Positions 1 through 10,548 of a stretch of DNA of 52,954 nucleotides are shown one piece after another. The notes beneath the pieces are model-generated. The model was not told the DNA's origin. It saw only the letters and a program-made list of their open reading frames with translations, and did no database searches. The position numbers and the translations under genes were made by a program. The DNA lies in the sequence record SRR20825006_2797. One strand, 5' to 3'. Within the stretch, counting starts at the first letter, position 1; each line of letters opens with the position of its first letter.

Positions 1-1078
1 GGCCAAGCCGGTCGAACAGGGCGGTGAGTTGGGTTTCATTCAATGTCTTTGGAGCGCCTATATCCCGGGATACACGACGGCGGATCATGTGGAGATATGC
101 GGGTGCTATACGAGTCTCCCGGCGCGCCATCGTAATCAAGCCTGCGGAGTTGTCAGCCAGCGCCTGTTTTCCAAGCGCAATGGCGCGTCCTTCCTTCACA
201 GGTGGCCCAAATCGTATGAGCGCGGCCCAGCCCAGCAGGAAAGCGGCCGCCAACGCAGTCAACGTCGCGCCGATAAAGGGGATGTCGAAAATCATCTGCA
301 GCAGATTCTCGGACCGAACGAAACCATGGAGAGTCGCATCAAATATAATCGGCTCGTCGTAATCATTACGAAGAAAGTCGATCATCTGAGTCGCAAAGCG
401 AGCGTTCTCAAACTGCGACAAACCGAAAGTGTTGATCATGTCGGGGTCGGACAGAACATACATGTCCGCATCGGGCGCCCAGGCGAGCAGGATCCCATCC
501 TGTGTCTCAACAATCGGCGTAAGCGAGTCTCCGCGTAACACTTGCATCTTCACGTCTGGTTTGAGCGCGATTGATCCGAAGGGGGTTGAGGTTTCACTTG
601 GCACATCGATACGTCCGATTTCCGCATCGATAGCTATCGTCTCCAGTAAGTCGTTCAGGACGCGCGCATTCATGAAGCGCGTATCCTTTTGATGGGTCTT
701 GTTAAGAGGATCAGTCATGCCGGTCCATTTCGGCAGGACGAGCAAAGTAGTCCGCTGTGGCTCGAAGTCTTCGAGCGCCTTTGCTGCACCCCATTGGGGG
801 AGTGTTAAGACGAGTAGGCCCCAATCACTGTCTTCAAGCGTGCGCTCCAGCCGGGAGACTTCCGCCGGATAGCCTTGTTCCTGAAGGAGTTGCACGAAGC
901 CATTATAACCGAGCGCCGAGGTTGAGAACGGGTGCGCACCGGCCACATTCCGGTCCCGCAATTCGGGTGCCCAGCCTGCGAGCACCATGATTGCCCCAAA
1001 GGAAAAAAGCGCCACTGCCAGCAATATGCCGACGATCTTGCCACTGAACGGGGAGTCGACGTGAGAACGATCCTTCAT
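1..1078 (-). CDS. DUF4350-like membrane protein (3' end outside window)
   Basis: Read manually because it is not in the ORF track. The ATG at 1078 overlaps the upstream stop (ATGA) and the frame is open to the window edge: MKDRSHVDSPFSGKIVGILLAVALFSFGAIMVLAGW...SALGYNGF...LSDPDMINTFGL...IFDATLHG...WAALIRFGPP. This is the usual partner of DUF4129 in MoxR/DUF58 clusters. Confidence 0.7.
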   Translation of the reverse strand, partial: MKDRSHVDSPFSGKIVGILLAVALFSFGAIMVLAGWAPELRDRNVAGAHPFSTSALGYNGFVQLLQEQGYPAEVSRLERTLEDSDWGLLVLTLPQWGAAKALEDFEPQRTTLLVLPKWTGMTDPLNKTHQKDTRFMNARVLNDLLETIAIDAEIGRIDVPSETSTPFGSIALKPDVKMQVLRGDSLTPIVETQDGILLAWAPDADMYVLSDPDMINTFGLSQFENARFATQMIDFLRNDYDEPIIFDATLHGFVRSENLLQMIFDIPFIGATLTALAAAFLLGWAALIRFGPPVKEGRAIALGKQALADNSAGLITMARRETRIAPAYLHMIRRRVSRDIGAPKTLNETQLTALFDRLG

Positions 1079-1866
1079 GTCCACTGCTCCCCAAATGCGA
1101 AGTCTTCGTAGGAAGCCCGCGCCATATGCCAGCCGCTTTCGTCGACATCCCGGCCGCCGAAGAAACTACGTTCGACGATGGCGATGATCGGGCTGAGAGC
1201 GGTCCGCGCGCGATCTGGCAGGAAGCCAAGCTTGCCGATCTCACGTGCCGTGAGTGAGCGAGGCACGCCGATCTCGATGCGCGTCTGAATGTCCTCGATT
1301 GACCGGAACAAGAGTAAGTGCACGGCCTCCGCGAATTTTCCTGCGCGGGCAAGCGCATCGGCCTCTTCCAGTAGGGAGCGGGCGACGGATTCTGCCGGGC
1401 GGAAGTCCGGGATGACATCGTCGCCGACTTTGTCGGCTTTGCTGCCATCTTTGCCAAACCGGATACGCAGCGCCTCTCCGAAAAGGAAGTACAACACGCC
1501 CAAAATCAAGGCGGCGATAGCTACATAGAAAATGAGCGTTAGAAGCGGGCCCAAATGACTAAGGAACTCAAACAATCCTCGTAGCCAGTTAGGCGGAGGA
1601 GAGGGCGGATCGAACTCGACAGGATCGGCTTCCGGTCGTTCGAGCTGGAGGGTCGATTTTCTAAGATAGTCCCGATGCGCCTGTTCAAGTGTTTCAAGGT
1701 CTGTTTCGGGATGGTGGGTGACCTCGCCCCAATCATTCGAGTCGGGAGTCTCGATTGGGGCGTCCAACGTGAGGTCGTCATAGTCGTCGCCTGTCTGCGC
1801 CCCCGCAGGGACGGTGAGACAGGCTGCGATCAGCAAGGCGGCGCTTAGGCGTCCCGTCAGGCTCAA
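1075..1866 (-). CDS. DUF4129 domain membrane protein
   Basis: Signal peptide, one TM helix, and C-terminal 'ADALARAGKFAEAVHLLL...SLTAREI...VERSFFGGR'. Confidence 0.75.
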   Translation of the reverse strand: MSLTGRLSAALLIAACLTVPAGAQTGDDYDDLTLDAPIETPDSNDWGEVTHHPETDLETLEQAHRDYLRKSTLQLERPEADPVEFDPPSPPPNWLRGLFEFLSHLGPLLTLIFYVAIAALILGVLYFLFGEALRIRFGKDGSKADKVGDDVIPDFRPAESVARSLLEEADALARAGKFAEAVHLLLFRSIEDIQTRIEIGVPRSLTAREIGKLGFLPDRARTALSPIIAIVERSFFGGRDVDESGWHMARASYEDFAFGEQWT

Positions 1867-2010
1867 TGACTGTCTCCCTCATGGCAGCGGCCCCGTCCAC
1901 CGCCTTGACTGCTCCGACTATTTCAGAGGTTGGTGTCAGCTTCAACGCCCTATTGCGAAGTGCCTGCATCCAGCCGATATAGCCCGCTCAAGGCACAGAT
2001 GAGGCAGAAT

Positions 2011-2478
2011 ATGGACAGGGCAGAACGCTACAAGGAATTGAAGGCGGAAATTGATAGCGTTGTTGCGGGAGAAACATCGATCACTGCGCGTTATGCGACA
2101 GCGTCCTGTATCCTGTCACAGGCCTTTTCACCCCGCTTTTTCTGGACGGGATTCTACATGGTTGACCCCCTGAAGGAGTCCGAACTGGTTGTTGGGCCGT
2201 ATCAGGGCACGCTTGGTTGTCTGCGCATCCCCTTTGGCAAAGGGGTCTGCGGGCATGTGGCGGCGACGCGCGCGCCGATCATTGTTCCGGATGTTCATGA
2301 ATTTCCCGGGCACATCGCATGTGACTCAGCGAGCAATTCTGAAGTTGTCGTTCCGGTGTTCGACGCAAATGGCGATCTCGCTGCCGTACTGGATGTCGAC
2401 TCGACAGAACTGAATGCTTTTGACGCTGTCGACCAGGCGGGCCTAGTCGCTATTTGCGAAACGCTCCTCACCGCCTAG
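2011..2478 (+). CDS. msrC: GAF-domain free methionine-R-sulfoxide reductase (fRMsr)
   Basis: WTGFY, GPYQGTLGCLRIPFGKGVCG and HIACDSASNSE motifs carry the three conserved Cys. A GAGG RBS precedes ATG 2011. Confidence 0.85.
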   Translation: MDRAERYKELKAEIDSVVAGETSITARYATASCILSQAFSPRFFWTGFYMVDPLKESELVVGPYQGTLGCLRIPFGKGVCGHVAATRAPIIVPDVHEFPGHIACDSASNSEVVVPVFDANGDLAAVLDVDSTELNAFDAVDQAGLVAICETLLTA

Positions 2479-4233
2479 CCCGGCGGCTGTCGATAGAAGT
2501 GCGGTATTCTCGATCAGCTCAAACGGTGTTTTTGATCGCTTGATGGCGTCGATCCGCAAATTGAGATTGTCTTCCAGTATGTCGAGTTTGCGCGCGCGAA
2601 GGCCGCTGATGCGTTTGATTTCATGGTCCAATTCCAGCCAGATATCGGCGTCAGGATCATAAGCTGGCCACTCAGGCAGGTCTTTGCCATTGGGGTCACC
2701 CGTCTTGGCGAAATTGGTCCAGTATGAAATCATGTTGTCAGTCAGGATTTCATCGTCATCAGCTGCCGGAAGGAAGCCGTTGTGGCTATCGAAGACAAAC
2801 GCGATCTCGGCCCCGTGATATGCACCGAGCGTTTGAGACTTTCCTGGCGGCGTCCGGCTGAATTGGTAGAGCCAGGTTGGCTGGCCAGCAGCGACATTGG
2901 CTTTGGCCAGAAAACGCGTATGGACGCCGAACAAGTCATCGCCCAGCATTTTTTCGGCGCCCCGATCCCACGTTTCCAAGGATGTCATGCCGTAGAGGGC
3001 TTGTAGCGCTTTCGATGAGTTCACACCAAACACGCCTTCCAGCATCGCTTCGCGTTGTGTGATGGAACCAGAGATGTTCGGCAGTAGGGCTGTCGGCGAT
3101 TTGCGCTGACTGTAAAATAGAGTGCCTTCATCAGCATTATAGCCTGCAAGGACTGGAACCCGATTGGCGCCACCGTCCCGAATAGCTTCGCCGATTGGCA
3201 CGGGCAGGACGTTACCATCCACTGTCGGCAAGAAGTACTTGACCAAATCCTGCCTCAACAGAACACGGTCGATGATCGCCCCCGACGGGATGGCGCGAAG
3301 CCGGTCTGCGGTAGCGGTGCCATCGGCCAGCGATGAAAGGAACTCGACACCGACTTCTTCGGAGCTTTGCACATTGGGCAATGGCGAGTGGGACAGGTGA
3401 AGCGCATTGTAACTGCTGACGCCACTCTGCAAGATGGCCTTGTCATACAGGCCGTCAGCAAGAGGCGTTGCCATCAGCTCACTGACAGATTGAGCGCCTG
3501 CGCTTTCGCCAAATATGGTGACATTGTTTGGATTGCCGCCGAAGCGCGCAATATTCATTTGAACCCAGCGGAGTGCTGCGACCTGGTCCAACAGGCCGTA
3601 ATTGCCGGATGTTCCGGCTTCTTCGGTCAGGGCAGGGTGCGCCATGTAGCCGAATGGTCCGAGCCGGTAGTTGATTGTGACCAGAACGACGCCTTTATCC
3701 ACAAGGCCATTTGCCTGGTAATATGACGCCGAACCCGCCCCAGCCTGATGAGAGCCGCCGTGAATCCATACCATTACCGGCTGTAGCCGAGGCTTGCCGC
3801 GATTTGCCGTTCGGACATTCAGGAACAGGCAGTCCTCGGCTTCAGCGGGCTCAGGCTGGGCAGCGAGGTATTGCCTGGCGGCCAATCGTTTCCACCAGGG
3901 CAAGCCGTTACCATCGATGATACGGTCGACAACCTCATTCATATGTCCGCGGGGTTGCAGGCATTGCGGGCCGAATTCCCTCGCATCCCGGGTAATGGCA
4001 CCCCATTGCGGCGGGGAAGTTGGCGCTGACCAACGACGGGCGCTGGCATAGGGAATCCCATTGAAAACCTGGATTTCCGGATTGTCTGGATCAACACCGC
4101 CCTGGATCTCGCCTTGATCGATCCGCAGGGGCTCAGTCAACGCCATAGGCGGCTCAGGCTGGTTCAGACGGAACCAGCCCCAAGCGCCAAAGCCCAGCAG
4201 GGCGAAGAAAAGGACAATACTCAGTCGCTTCAT
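2443..4233 (-). CDS. Carboxylesterase type B (alpha/beta hydrolase) with N-terminal anchor or signal
   Basis: EDCLFLNV, WIHGG, GNYGLLDQ, nucleophile motif FGESAG, and the His region AYHGAEI. Confidence 0.9.
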   Translation of the reverse strand: MKRLSIVLFFALLGFGAWGWFRLNQPEPPMALTEPLRIDQGEIQGGVDPDNPEIQVFNGIPYASARRWSAPTSPPQWGAITRDAREFGPQCLQPRGHMNEVVDRIIDGNGLPWWKRLAARQYLAAQPEPAEAEDCLFLNVRTANRGKPRLQPVMVWIHGGSHQAGAGSASYYQANGLVDKGVVLVTINYRLGPFGYMAHPALTEEAGTSGNYGLLDQVAALRWVQMNIARFGGNPNNVTIFGESAGAQSVSELMATPLADGLYDKAILQSGVSSYNALHLSHSPLPNVQSSEEVGVEFLSSLADGTATADRLRAIPSGAIIDRVLLRQDLVKYFLPTVDGNVLPVPIGEAIRDGGANRVPVLAGYNADEGTLFYSQRKSPTALLPNISGSITQREAMLEGVFGVNSSKALQALYGMTSLETWDRGAEKMLGDDLFGVHTRFLAKANVAAGQPTWLYQFSRTPPGKSQTLGAYHGAEIAFVFDSHNGFLPAADDDEILTDNMISYWTNFAKTGDPNGKDLPEWPAYDPDADIWLELDHEIKRISGLRARKLDILEDNLNLRIDAIKRSKTPFELIENTALLSTAAGLGGEERFANSD

Positions 4234-4301
4234 GAAACGAGACCCCTGCTCGTTGAGAGCAAACGCTATACCACTTGTCCGTGAAAGTCACTTCCCCAGC
4301 A

Positions 4302-5417
4302 TCAAACCGGACTGATATCTCGTAAAGCATTTTCCGTAGCTTTTACAAGGTCTTCACTGGGCTCTATTCCGCACGCCAAGCGGACGAATCCGTCGGCGAC
4401 GTGGTCTCCCCAGCGGACTCGGCACTCAGCAGAGGTGTGAACACCTCCAAAGCTCGTGGCGGGCACTATTAGTGGATTGTTATCAATAAACTTTTCTGCG
4501 CTTGCGCGATCTTTTAACGTGAAGCTCACGATCGGACCAAAGTCTCGCATCTGGCGAGACGCAACTGCGTGGCTCGCGTCTCGCGGGAGACCGGGATACC
4601 GGACGGTCTGCACAGAGGGGTGCGATAATAGGTGATTTGCCAGAATTAGAGCATTCTGGTTTGCCCGCGAAACGCGCAATTCCAGGGTCTCAAGCCCGCG
4701 ATGCAGCAGATACGCGTCGAACGGGCTTACCGTGGCGCCGCCCAAACGACGGTAGCCACGCACCTGATTCATCAGGGATGTGTCCCGACTTGCTACATGT
4801 CCGCAGAGAACATCTGAATGGCCCGCCATGGCCTTTGTGTCAGCCATCACGACCATATCCGCCCCAAGATCGAGAGGTTGCTGGCACAGGGGTGTTGCAG
4901 TCGTGTTATCAGCCACCAGCAAGGCTCCGGCTGATTTTGCCCGATCAGCCACAGCCGCGATGTCGCAAACTTCGAGGCCCGGATTTGACGGTGTTTCAAT
5001 CATTACGAGCCGGCAGCCCGACAGGTCGGCATCCGCCATCCGGGCGGTAGGACAAGTCTCGACGGTTATGCCCCGGGGTGCGAAGTGTTCATTCAACAGG
5101 GCTCGAACATTGTAGTAGCCGTCTGCATGCACCAGAACCTTGTCTCCCGGGCGCAGCACTGTGTGAAACATTGCGGCGATAGCGGCCATGCCGGATGGGA
5201 ACAGCACCGTCTCGGCATTTTCCAGAATGCCTATCTCCGCTTCGACACTTTCGACTGTTGGATTTCCATTGCGCGCATAGAAATGGCTGCCGTCCGGATC
5301 TCCTGGCAACAGGAATGTCGTACTCGCCATGATAGGAAGCGATACTGGTGCACCCTTGGAAAGGTTGCGGGCGCGGTGGTGCAGCAATTCTGAGATGGGA
5401 GACGGTTTTTTCGTCAC
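4302..5417 (-). CDS. PLP-dependent trans-sulfuration enzyme (cystathionine gamma-lyase family)
   Basis: YARNGNPT, SGMAAI, ETPSNP, DNT, PLP-Lys motif DTKAMAGHSD and TSFGG. The GTG start at 5417 is inferred. Confidence 0.85.
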   Translation of the reverse strand: MTKKPSPISELLHHRARNLSKGAPVSLPIMASTTFLLPGDPDGSHFYARNGNPTVESVEAEIGILENAETVLFPSGMAAIAAMFHTVLRPGDKVLVHADGYYNVRALLNEHFAPRGITVETCPTARMADADLSGCRLVMIETPSNPGLEVCDIAAVADRAKSAGALLVADNTTATPLCQQPLDLGADMVVMADTKAMAGHSDVLCGHVASRDTSLMNQVRGYRRLGGATVSPFDAYLLHRGLETLELRVSRANQNALILANHLLSHPSVQTVRYPGLPRDASHAVASRQMRDFGPIVSFTLKDRASAEKFIDNNPLIVPATSFGGVHTSAECRVRWGDHVADGFVRLACGIEPSEDLVKATENALRDISPV

Positions 5418-5518
5418 GGATAATATGCCTCGCAGTGGGATTCGCGCTGACTCTGCGTTGAGCCGAGCCACAAGAAAACAGAATTTCGTTCTTCAGGCGC
5501 AGTCTTGTACCCGAGTTG

Positions 5519-6511
5519 CTAAACGTTTGTTGAAAGGATGCTTGCGTTTGGTCCAATCCACTCAGCAAGTTTGTCTCGCGCGACAACATCCAGATCTTTC
5601 CAGGCATCGCCCAAGGTTTGCAGGCATCTTGCCTGATACTTGAATACGCCCTGTTCATAGCGCCCGCGCTCTATTTCAAGCGAAAACCTGTCTGATCCGG
5701 AATTGAGCGCATCAAGATTGGCTTTCAGGAATGGCAAATAGGTTTCCCCTGCTATTGCGAGAAGGTCGTGGACCACCGGGCTGATACTATCAGACCAGTT
5801 ACCTTCGATACCGCTCGCATCATCGGCGTGATCAATCCAGCGATACAAGTACGGTGTGTCCGCTCGCAGCCAGGTCATGGGAGTGGGGTCAACACTCATG
5901 ACTTTCAACTGACCGTAAAAGCCAAGATCCGCGAGCGAAATGCGATCTCCGAACAAGAAGCGTGTTGGCCCGGTTGCCATCGCCTCCAGAACTTTGCAGA
6001 TGCGCTTCCAGCTGGCCTCTATCAGAGGGGCAGTCTGGGGTGTGCAGCCAACAAGAGTCATGCGGCTGATTTGCCGTTCACGGATGGTGGCAGCAGCTTC
6101 TTCCACGCCAAGGCGACTTGTGTTGGGAAGCGTGTCATAGATCAGCCAATTGGCGCACCATTCAGCATCCAGGTCATATGCCCATCTGTAATGGAACATG
6201 GCTTTCATGAACCATTCGTCGGCCATGTCCTCAAGCAACAGGCAGGCAAACCGGGCAACCGGATCGGGTGGCAAGAGGTCTCGGCCTTCGCCTTCGAGTG
6301 ACAGCAAGAAGGGGGTTGAATCATTCACCCAGCTGCCGTCAGGCTGGCGGATGACAGGGATCACGGGTGCCCGCACATTTGGCATGACGCTTTGTCGGTC
6401 GTCGGCTGTCATACCGGTCCAGGTATGGACAAGGCGTTTGGCCCGCAGGGCGGCGCGCACTTTCATGGAATAGGGCGAGCCGAGCGCGCCAAAGATTTCG
6501 TAGCGGCTCAC
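5519..6511 (-). CDS. Glutathione S-transferase family protein
   Basis: GSPYSMKVR N-terminus, IPVI..PDG...DST, and FLFGDRISLADLGFYGQL. The GTG start overlaps the DUF1330 stop. Confidence 0.75.
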   Translation of the reverse strand: MSRYEIFGALGSPYSMKVRAALRAKRLVHTWTGMTADDRQSVMPNVRAPVIPVIRQPDGSWVNDSTPFLLSLEGEGRDLLPPDPVARFACLLLEDMADEWFMKAMFHYRWAYDLDAEWCANWLIYDTLPNTSRLGVEEAAATIRERQISRMTLVGCTPQTAPLIEASWKRICKVLEAMATGPTRFLFGDRISLADLGFYGQLKVMSVDPTPMTWLRADTPYLYRWIDHADDASGIEGNWSDSISPVVHDLLAIAGETYLPFLKANLDALNSGSDRFSLEIERGRYEQGVFKYQARCLQTLGDAWKDLDVVARDKLAEWIGPNASILSTNV

Positions 6512-6936
6512 AGCTTTCTCCCGTTTATCCAAGTGGGACGGGTCACGATCAATTCCTGGCAAAGCAGGCCTGCCTCGCGATGGCGAGACATGGATTTGTA
6601 GTCCGGATGGTTGAGCGTAGCGATGAAAGCCTGTCGATCTGGGAACTGGTTGACCAGCACGCCATCCCAATCGCCCTGACCGATGAAATAGCGTTCGGTC
6701 GATGCAAGGAGCAATGTGGAGCCGCCGACCTTTTTTGCCGCGAAAGTGAAGGCTTCGGAGTAACGAATATAGGCGTCTTCCCCGCTGATCTCTTCGCCAA
6801 ATTCGGGGTCATCCGGCTGATACTCAGCTTTAACTCGAAACTTCAGCAAATTTACCTGGGTAATGGGGCCATCGTTCGGGTCGTCACGAAACGCCCTGAA
6901 TTGGTCGGCAGTAGGCTGGAAGGCAGGCATGGGCAT
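6508..6936 (-). CDS. DUF1330 family protein
   Basis: GPITQVNLLKFR...SGEDAYIRY...WDGVLVNQFPDRQAF...PDY...HREAGL. Confidence 0.7.
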   Translation of the reverse strand: MPMPAFQPTADQFRAFRDDPNDGPITQVNLLKFRVKAEYQPDDPEFGEEISGEDAYIRYSEAFTFAAKKVGGSTLLLASTERYFIGQGDWDGVLVNQFPDRQAFIATLNHPDYKSMSRHREAGLLCQELIVTRPTWINGRKL

Positions 6937-6940
6937 TTCC

Positions 6941-7501
6941 TCACGGTCGTTTTTCGGGATGTTTCCCGAAATACCGCTCGGTGTAAAACAGTGCCGCCGC
7001 GTGAAGGCCGTGTTGAGTCTCGAAAGCTTCGTATTCCAGGAAGTCTTTGTAAGGCATCTCGACGACCTCGATTTTCTCGTTTGCGTCAAGAGACTGAGCA
7101 TCTGTCTTCTGGCAGCCCGTGGCCAAAAAATAATGAAGCTGATTATTCTGGGTTGCCGGGTTCGGATAACAGGTGCCAACGGGGATCAACTCGCGCGCCA
7201 TGTAGCCGGTCTCCTCGCGTAATTCCCGCCGGGCTGCTATTTCCGGATCGGATTCTCCGGGATCCAGGACGCCGCCGGGTACGCCCAAGAGGACGATCTC
7301 GCCGGCGTGCCGATACTCGCGGACCAGCACAATATTGCCTTCGTCAGTGATCGGGATAATCGTGGCCCAATCTGTGAATTCCAACACATGATAGGCGGGC
7401 ACTACATGGCCGTCTTCACGTTGGCAGACATCCGTGCGCACCGAAAGAAAGTCGTCTTTGTAGGTTTGACGGCTTTCCAGGATTTTCCAGGGTTTGATCA
7501 T
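6941..7501 (-). CDS. NUDIX hydrolase (ADP-ribose pyrophosphatase-like)
   Basis: Nudix box GGVLDPGESDPEIAARRELREETGY. Confidence 0.9.
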   Translation of the reverse strand: MIKPWKILESRQTYKDDFLSVRTDVCQREDGHVVPAYHVLEFTDWATIIPITDEGNIVLVREYRHAGEIVLLGVPGGVLDPGESDPEIAARRELREETGYMARELIPVGTCYPNPATQNNQLHYFLATGCQKTDAQSLDANEKIEVVEMPYKDFLEYEAFETQHGLHAAALFYTERYFGKHPEKRP

Positions 7502-9717
7502 TCTGATGGTCTCTTCAGTTTGCGGTCCAAAAAGGCCATACGCGTTTGCATCAGGTGGCGTTGCAGCGCTTCTCCCCGAATGCCGTGGCGTTGGCCCGGA
7601 TAGGTCATTAATTCAAACGGTTTGCCCAATTCCTGAAGTCTGGCCATCAGTCGTGTGGCATTGTCGAAGGTGACGTTGTCATCTGCCATGCCGTGAATGA
7701 GGAGGAGGGGGGTCGAAAGCGCGTCGAGGTTTGGAAAAACACTGGAGGCTTCATAGCCGCCTGGGTTGTTTTGTGGTGTCCCCATATACCGCTCCGTGTA
7801 GAATGTATCATAGAGGCTCCAGTCTGCAACCGCAGCTCCCGCGACAGCGCACGCGAATGTATCAGCTGGCGCTTGCAGAATGGTCATCAGTGTCATGTAT
7901 CCGCCATAGGACCAGCCCTGAATGGCAATTCTGCCGGGATCGACAAATGGTTGTGTCTTGAGCCAGTCCACGCCCATCATCTGGTCGCTGACCTCATGCA
8001 GGCCCGTGCGGTGATGGATCACGTCCTCAAACTTCTTGCCGCGATTCCAGCTGCCTCGATTGTCGAGCCTGAAGATGAGGTATCCCTGACGGGCGAGATG
8101 TTGATCTGACAGACTCCCCCAACTGCGCGTGACAGTTTGGACATGTGGCCCGCCATACACTTCCACAATAACCGGGTAGCATTTCCTAGCATTGAAACCG
8201 GGCGGTTTCAGTAGGGAATAGTGTAGAATCTGACCGTCATCGGCGGACAGGACTCCGAACTCTGGTGTGACGTGATCCGGCAGAAAGGAGTGATATGGAT
8301 GGTCTGCGTCGAGCGCATTCTCCGAAATCCAGGAAATCAAACTGCCGTCAGAAGCATACAGACCCGTTTGAGGGGGGTGGCTTGGGGATGATGATGTTCC
8401 GACAAAGGATCGCCCGTCTGGCGCCATGGCAATGGACCATGTTTGGCCTATGGAGGTGATGCGCTCGACCTCTGGAGGAGTTGCTGAGCCAGAAGTCGCT
8501 GGCTTGGCGCGATAGAGGTGGCACTCAAGCGAAGTATCCAGAAACCCTGTGAAGAGTATTTCGGACATGTCGGCTTTTACATGCTGCAGCTTGTCGACAA
8601 CCCAGTCACCGCCAATCAGTTGTCTGGGGTGGGTTGTCGAAGGCGGTAACAAGCTAATTTGGCGGTAACCACGAGATTCTTCCGTGAGAACAATGCCTGT
8701 ATCCCCCAAGCTCACGAAATCTGAAGACAGATTGATCCAATTGGGTTGCTCATCAAGCTGAGCGACGGTGGCCTCATAAAGGCGCAACCCTTTCTCGGAA
8801 TGCTTGTAGGCCATGAATTGGACCATTTCGAGCTGTGTCTGAGCCCGATTGACGCGCTGGACGTAGAGGCTGCTCTCAGTCCAATTGACCCGCGCGAGAT
8901 ATTGGTCGGTTGCGTGTCCCCAGTCGTTGCGCCGCCATCCAATCTCCGTGACAATGCCGGTTTCCACCTCCAGAACGAATAGGTCCACAATGGCGTTGGG
9001 GCGACCCGCGCGAGGATAGCGCTGCTCAATAACGGCAACATTTTCTGCGGCGATATCAAAGCGTGGAACGATGTCCACGGATGTCTCATCCACACGCGTA
9101 TAGGCGATGTACTTATCGTCCGGGCTCCACCAATTTCCGGTGTATCGGCTCATCTCTTCCTGTGCGACAAATTCGGCGACGCCATACGACAGTGATTTTG
9201 ACGGCTCGGCCGGGGGAGAGGCGCGTTTCTCGTCGCCCGTCGCAAGATCAACTATCCAGAGCGCCCCGTCGCGAATGAAGCTGGCATACGTGCCTTTGGG
9301 TGAAATGCGGGCATCATAGTCAAAGGCATCGGTATCGGTTAGTTGCCGAACTTGCGGACTGTCTTCAGTAAGGGTGACCAAGTGCAGGTTTCCCCCTAGT
9401 GGGACGAGTATCGTCGTGGCTGTACCCCATGAGTAGTCGAGGATGCCTGTTCTCCCCGCAATTCGCTTGCGCTCGCGTTGGGCTATTTCTTCCTCTGAGA
9501 GAACGATTTCTTCTGGTTCAAGCAATAGGGAATCCACAAGGAGGGACGGCGCGCCTGTCTCAACGTCGAATTGCCAGAGATCGTGTCTTTGCTGGTCGTC
9601 GGGCCGAGGCTTGAGGAAGGTCACCCGTGCAGCATCGGGAGAGTACTTGATGCCCAGTGTTGTTTGGCCAGTTAGGGAAGGCGACGCAAAGAGGCGATCC
9701 AGGGTCAATTCTGTCAT
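7498..9717 (-). CDS. S9B dipeptidyl peptidase IV family protein
   Basis: Beta-propeller region with AEFVAQEEM, plus YGGP, GWSYGG, HGMADDNV and YPGQRH catalytic motifs. Start at MTELT follows an AGGA RBS. Confidence 0.9.
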   Translation of the reverse strand: MTELTLDRLFASPSLTGQTTLGIKYSPDAARVTFLKPRPDDQQRHDLWQFDVETGAPSLLVDSLLLEPEEIVLSEEEIAQRERKRIAGRTGILDYSWGTATTILVPLGGNLHLVTLTEDSPQVRQLTDTDAFDYDARISPKGTYASFIRDGALWIVDLATGDEKRASPPAEPSKSLSYGVAEFVAQEEMSRYTGNWWSPDDKYIAYTRVDETSVDIVPRFDIAAENVAVIEQRYPRAGRPNAIVDLFVLEVETGIVTEIGWRRNDWGHATDQYLARVNWTESSLYVQRVNRAQTQLEMVQFMAYKHSEKGLRLYEATVAQLDEQPNWINLSSDFVSLGDTGIVLTEESRGYRQISLLPPSTTHPRQLIGGDWVVDKLQHVKADMSEILFTGFLDTSLECHLYRAKPATSGSATPPEVERITSIGQTWSIAMAPDGRSFVGTSSSPSHPPQTGLYASDGSLISWISENALDADHPYHSFLPDHVTPEFGVLSADDGQILHYSLLKPPGFNARKCYPVIVEVYGGPHVQTVTRSWGSLSDQHLARQGYLIFRLDNRGSWNRGKKFEDVIHHRTGLHEVSDQMMGVDWLKTQPFVDPGRIAIQGWSYGGYMTLMTILQAPADTFACAVAGAAVADWSLYDTFYTERYMGTPQNNPGGYEASSVFPNLDALSTPLLLIHGMADDNVTFDNATRLMARLQELGKPFELMTYPGQRHGIRGEALQRHLMQTRMAFLDRKLKRPSE

Positions 9718-9921
9718 GGATGGATGGTGTCCTGAGGAAAGTTTTTTTTGAGATTGATCGAAGTGTGCCCTGAGTATTCGTGTTCGCCACTCATGCATGC
9801 AGATTCAGTGACTATCGGACAGCTAACCAATCGCCAAAACTAAACACTTGTTTCAACTTTTGTGAGGCAAAAACTGCCAAAAGTCGCTATGCAAGTAGTG
9901 GTTTATGCATATCGTGCACTT

Positions 9922-10548
9922 ATGGCGGAAGGGGATGTTCTGTTCGAACAAGCGGTCGCCTTGCTACTCGATAGCGAGGGCGGAGAGAGCTTGATGAAAT
10001 CCGCGGCGTTGATGCGCCGGGCTGCGGACTCCGGACATGCTGCGGCTGCCAACAATTTCGGCGCCATGCTACATCATGGGCGGGGCGTCCATCAGGACTT
10101 TGCCGCTGCCAGAGCATATTATGCACAGGCGGCGGAGGCTGACCTGCCACCCGCATTGTTCAATCTGGGGTTCATGAAGTTACGAGGCCTTGGTGGCGAG
10201 CGTAACGAGACGGATGCGCGCCGTTTGTTTGAGCAGGCCGCGCATATGGGCGAAGTGAACGCGATGACATACCTCGGCGTCATGATGATGACCGGCGCTG
10301 GTGGCCCTAAAGAGTTCAAAACCGCGCAATCGTGGTGGGACAAGGGCGCAGAGCTCGGCGACAATCGCTGCGCATTCAACCTCGGAATTGCTCATGCAGG
10401 TGGGCATGGCCAGGACCAGCCCGACTTTGTCGAAGCTTGGCGCTGGTTCAGTCGGGCTCAGGATATGGGAAATCAAAGTGCTGAAACCGAGCTCGAGCGT
10501 CTCGCAAGTGTGCTGACCGACGACGAGCGCAAACGCATCGAAGGCTAA
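9922..10548 (+). CDS. Sel1-like repeat protein
   Basis: Repeated 'A..N(L/F)G.M...G.G...D...A..(Y/W)..AA..G' units. Confidence 0.85.
   Translation: MAEGDVLFEQAVALLLDSEGGESLMKSAALMRRAADSGHAAAANNFGAMLHHGRGVHQDFAAARAYYAQAAEADLPPALFNLGFMKLRGLGGERNETDARRLFEQAAHMGEVNAMTYLGVMMMTGAGGPKEFKTAQSWWDKGAELGDNRCAFNLGIAHAGGHGQDQPDFVEAWRWFSRAQDMGNQSAETELERLASVLTDDERKRIEG

Noticed and set aside
2443-2478. Convergent 3' overlaps (msrC/esterase, metH/DUF5694, pyk/protease)
   Set aside because: Short convergent overlaps are common in compact genomes, and there is no evidence of function.
5420-5518. SAM, SAH or cobalamin riboswitch upstream of the lyase, the met operon or the cobT-like gene
   Set aside because: No conserved riboswitch core was recognisable by eye. 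An Rfam/Infernal scan would be needed to exclude one.
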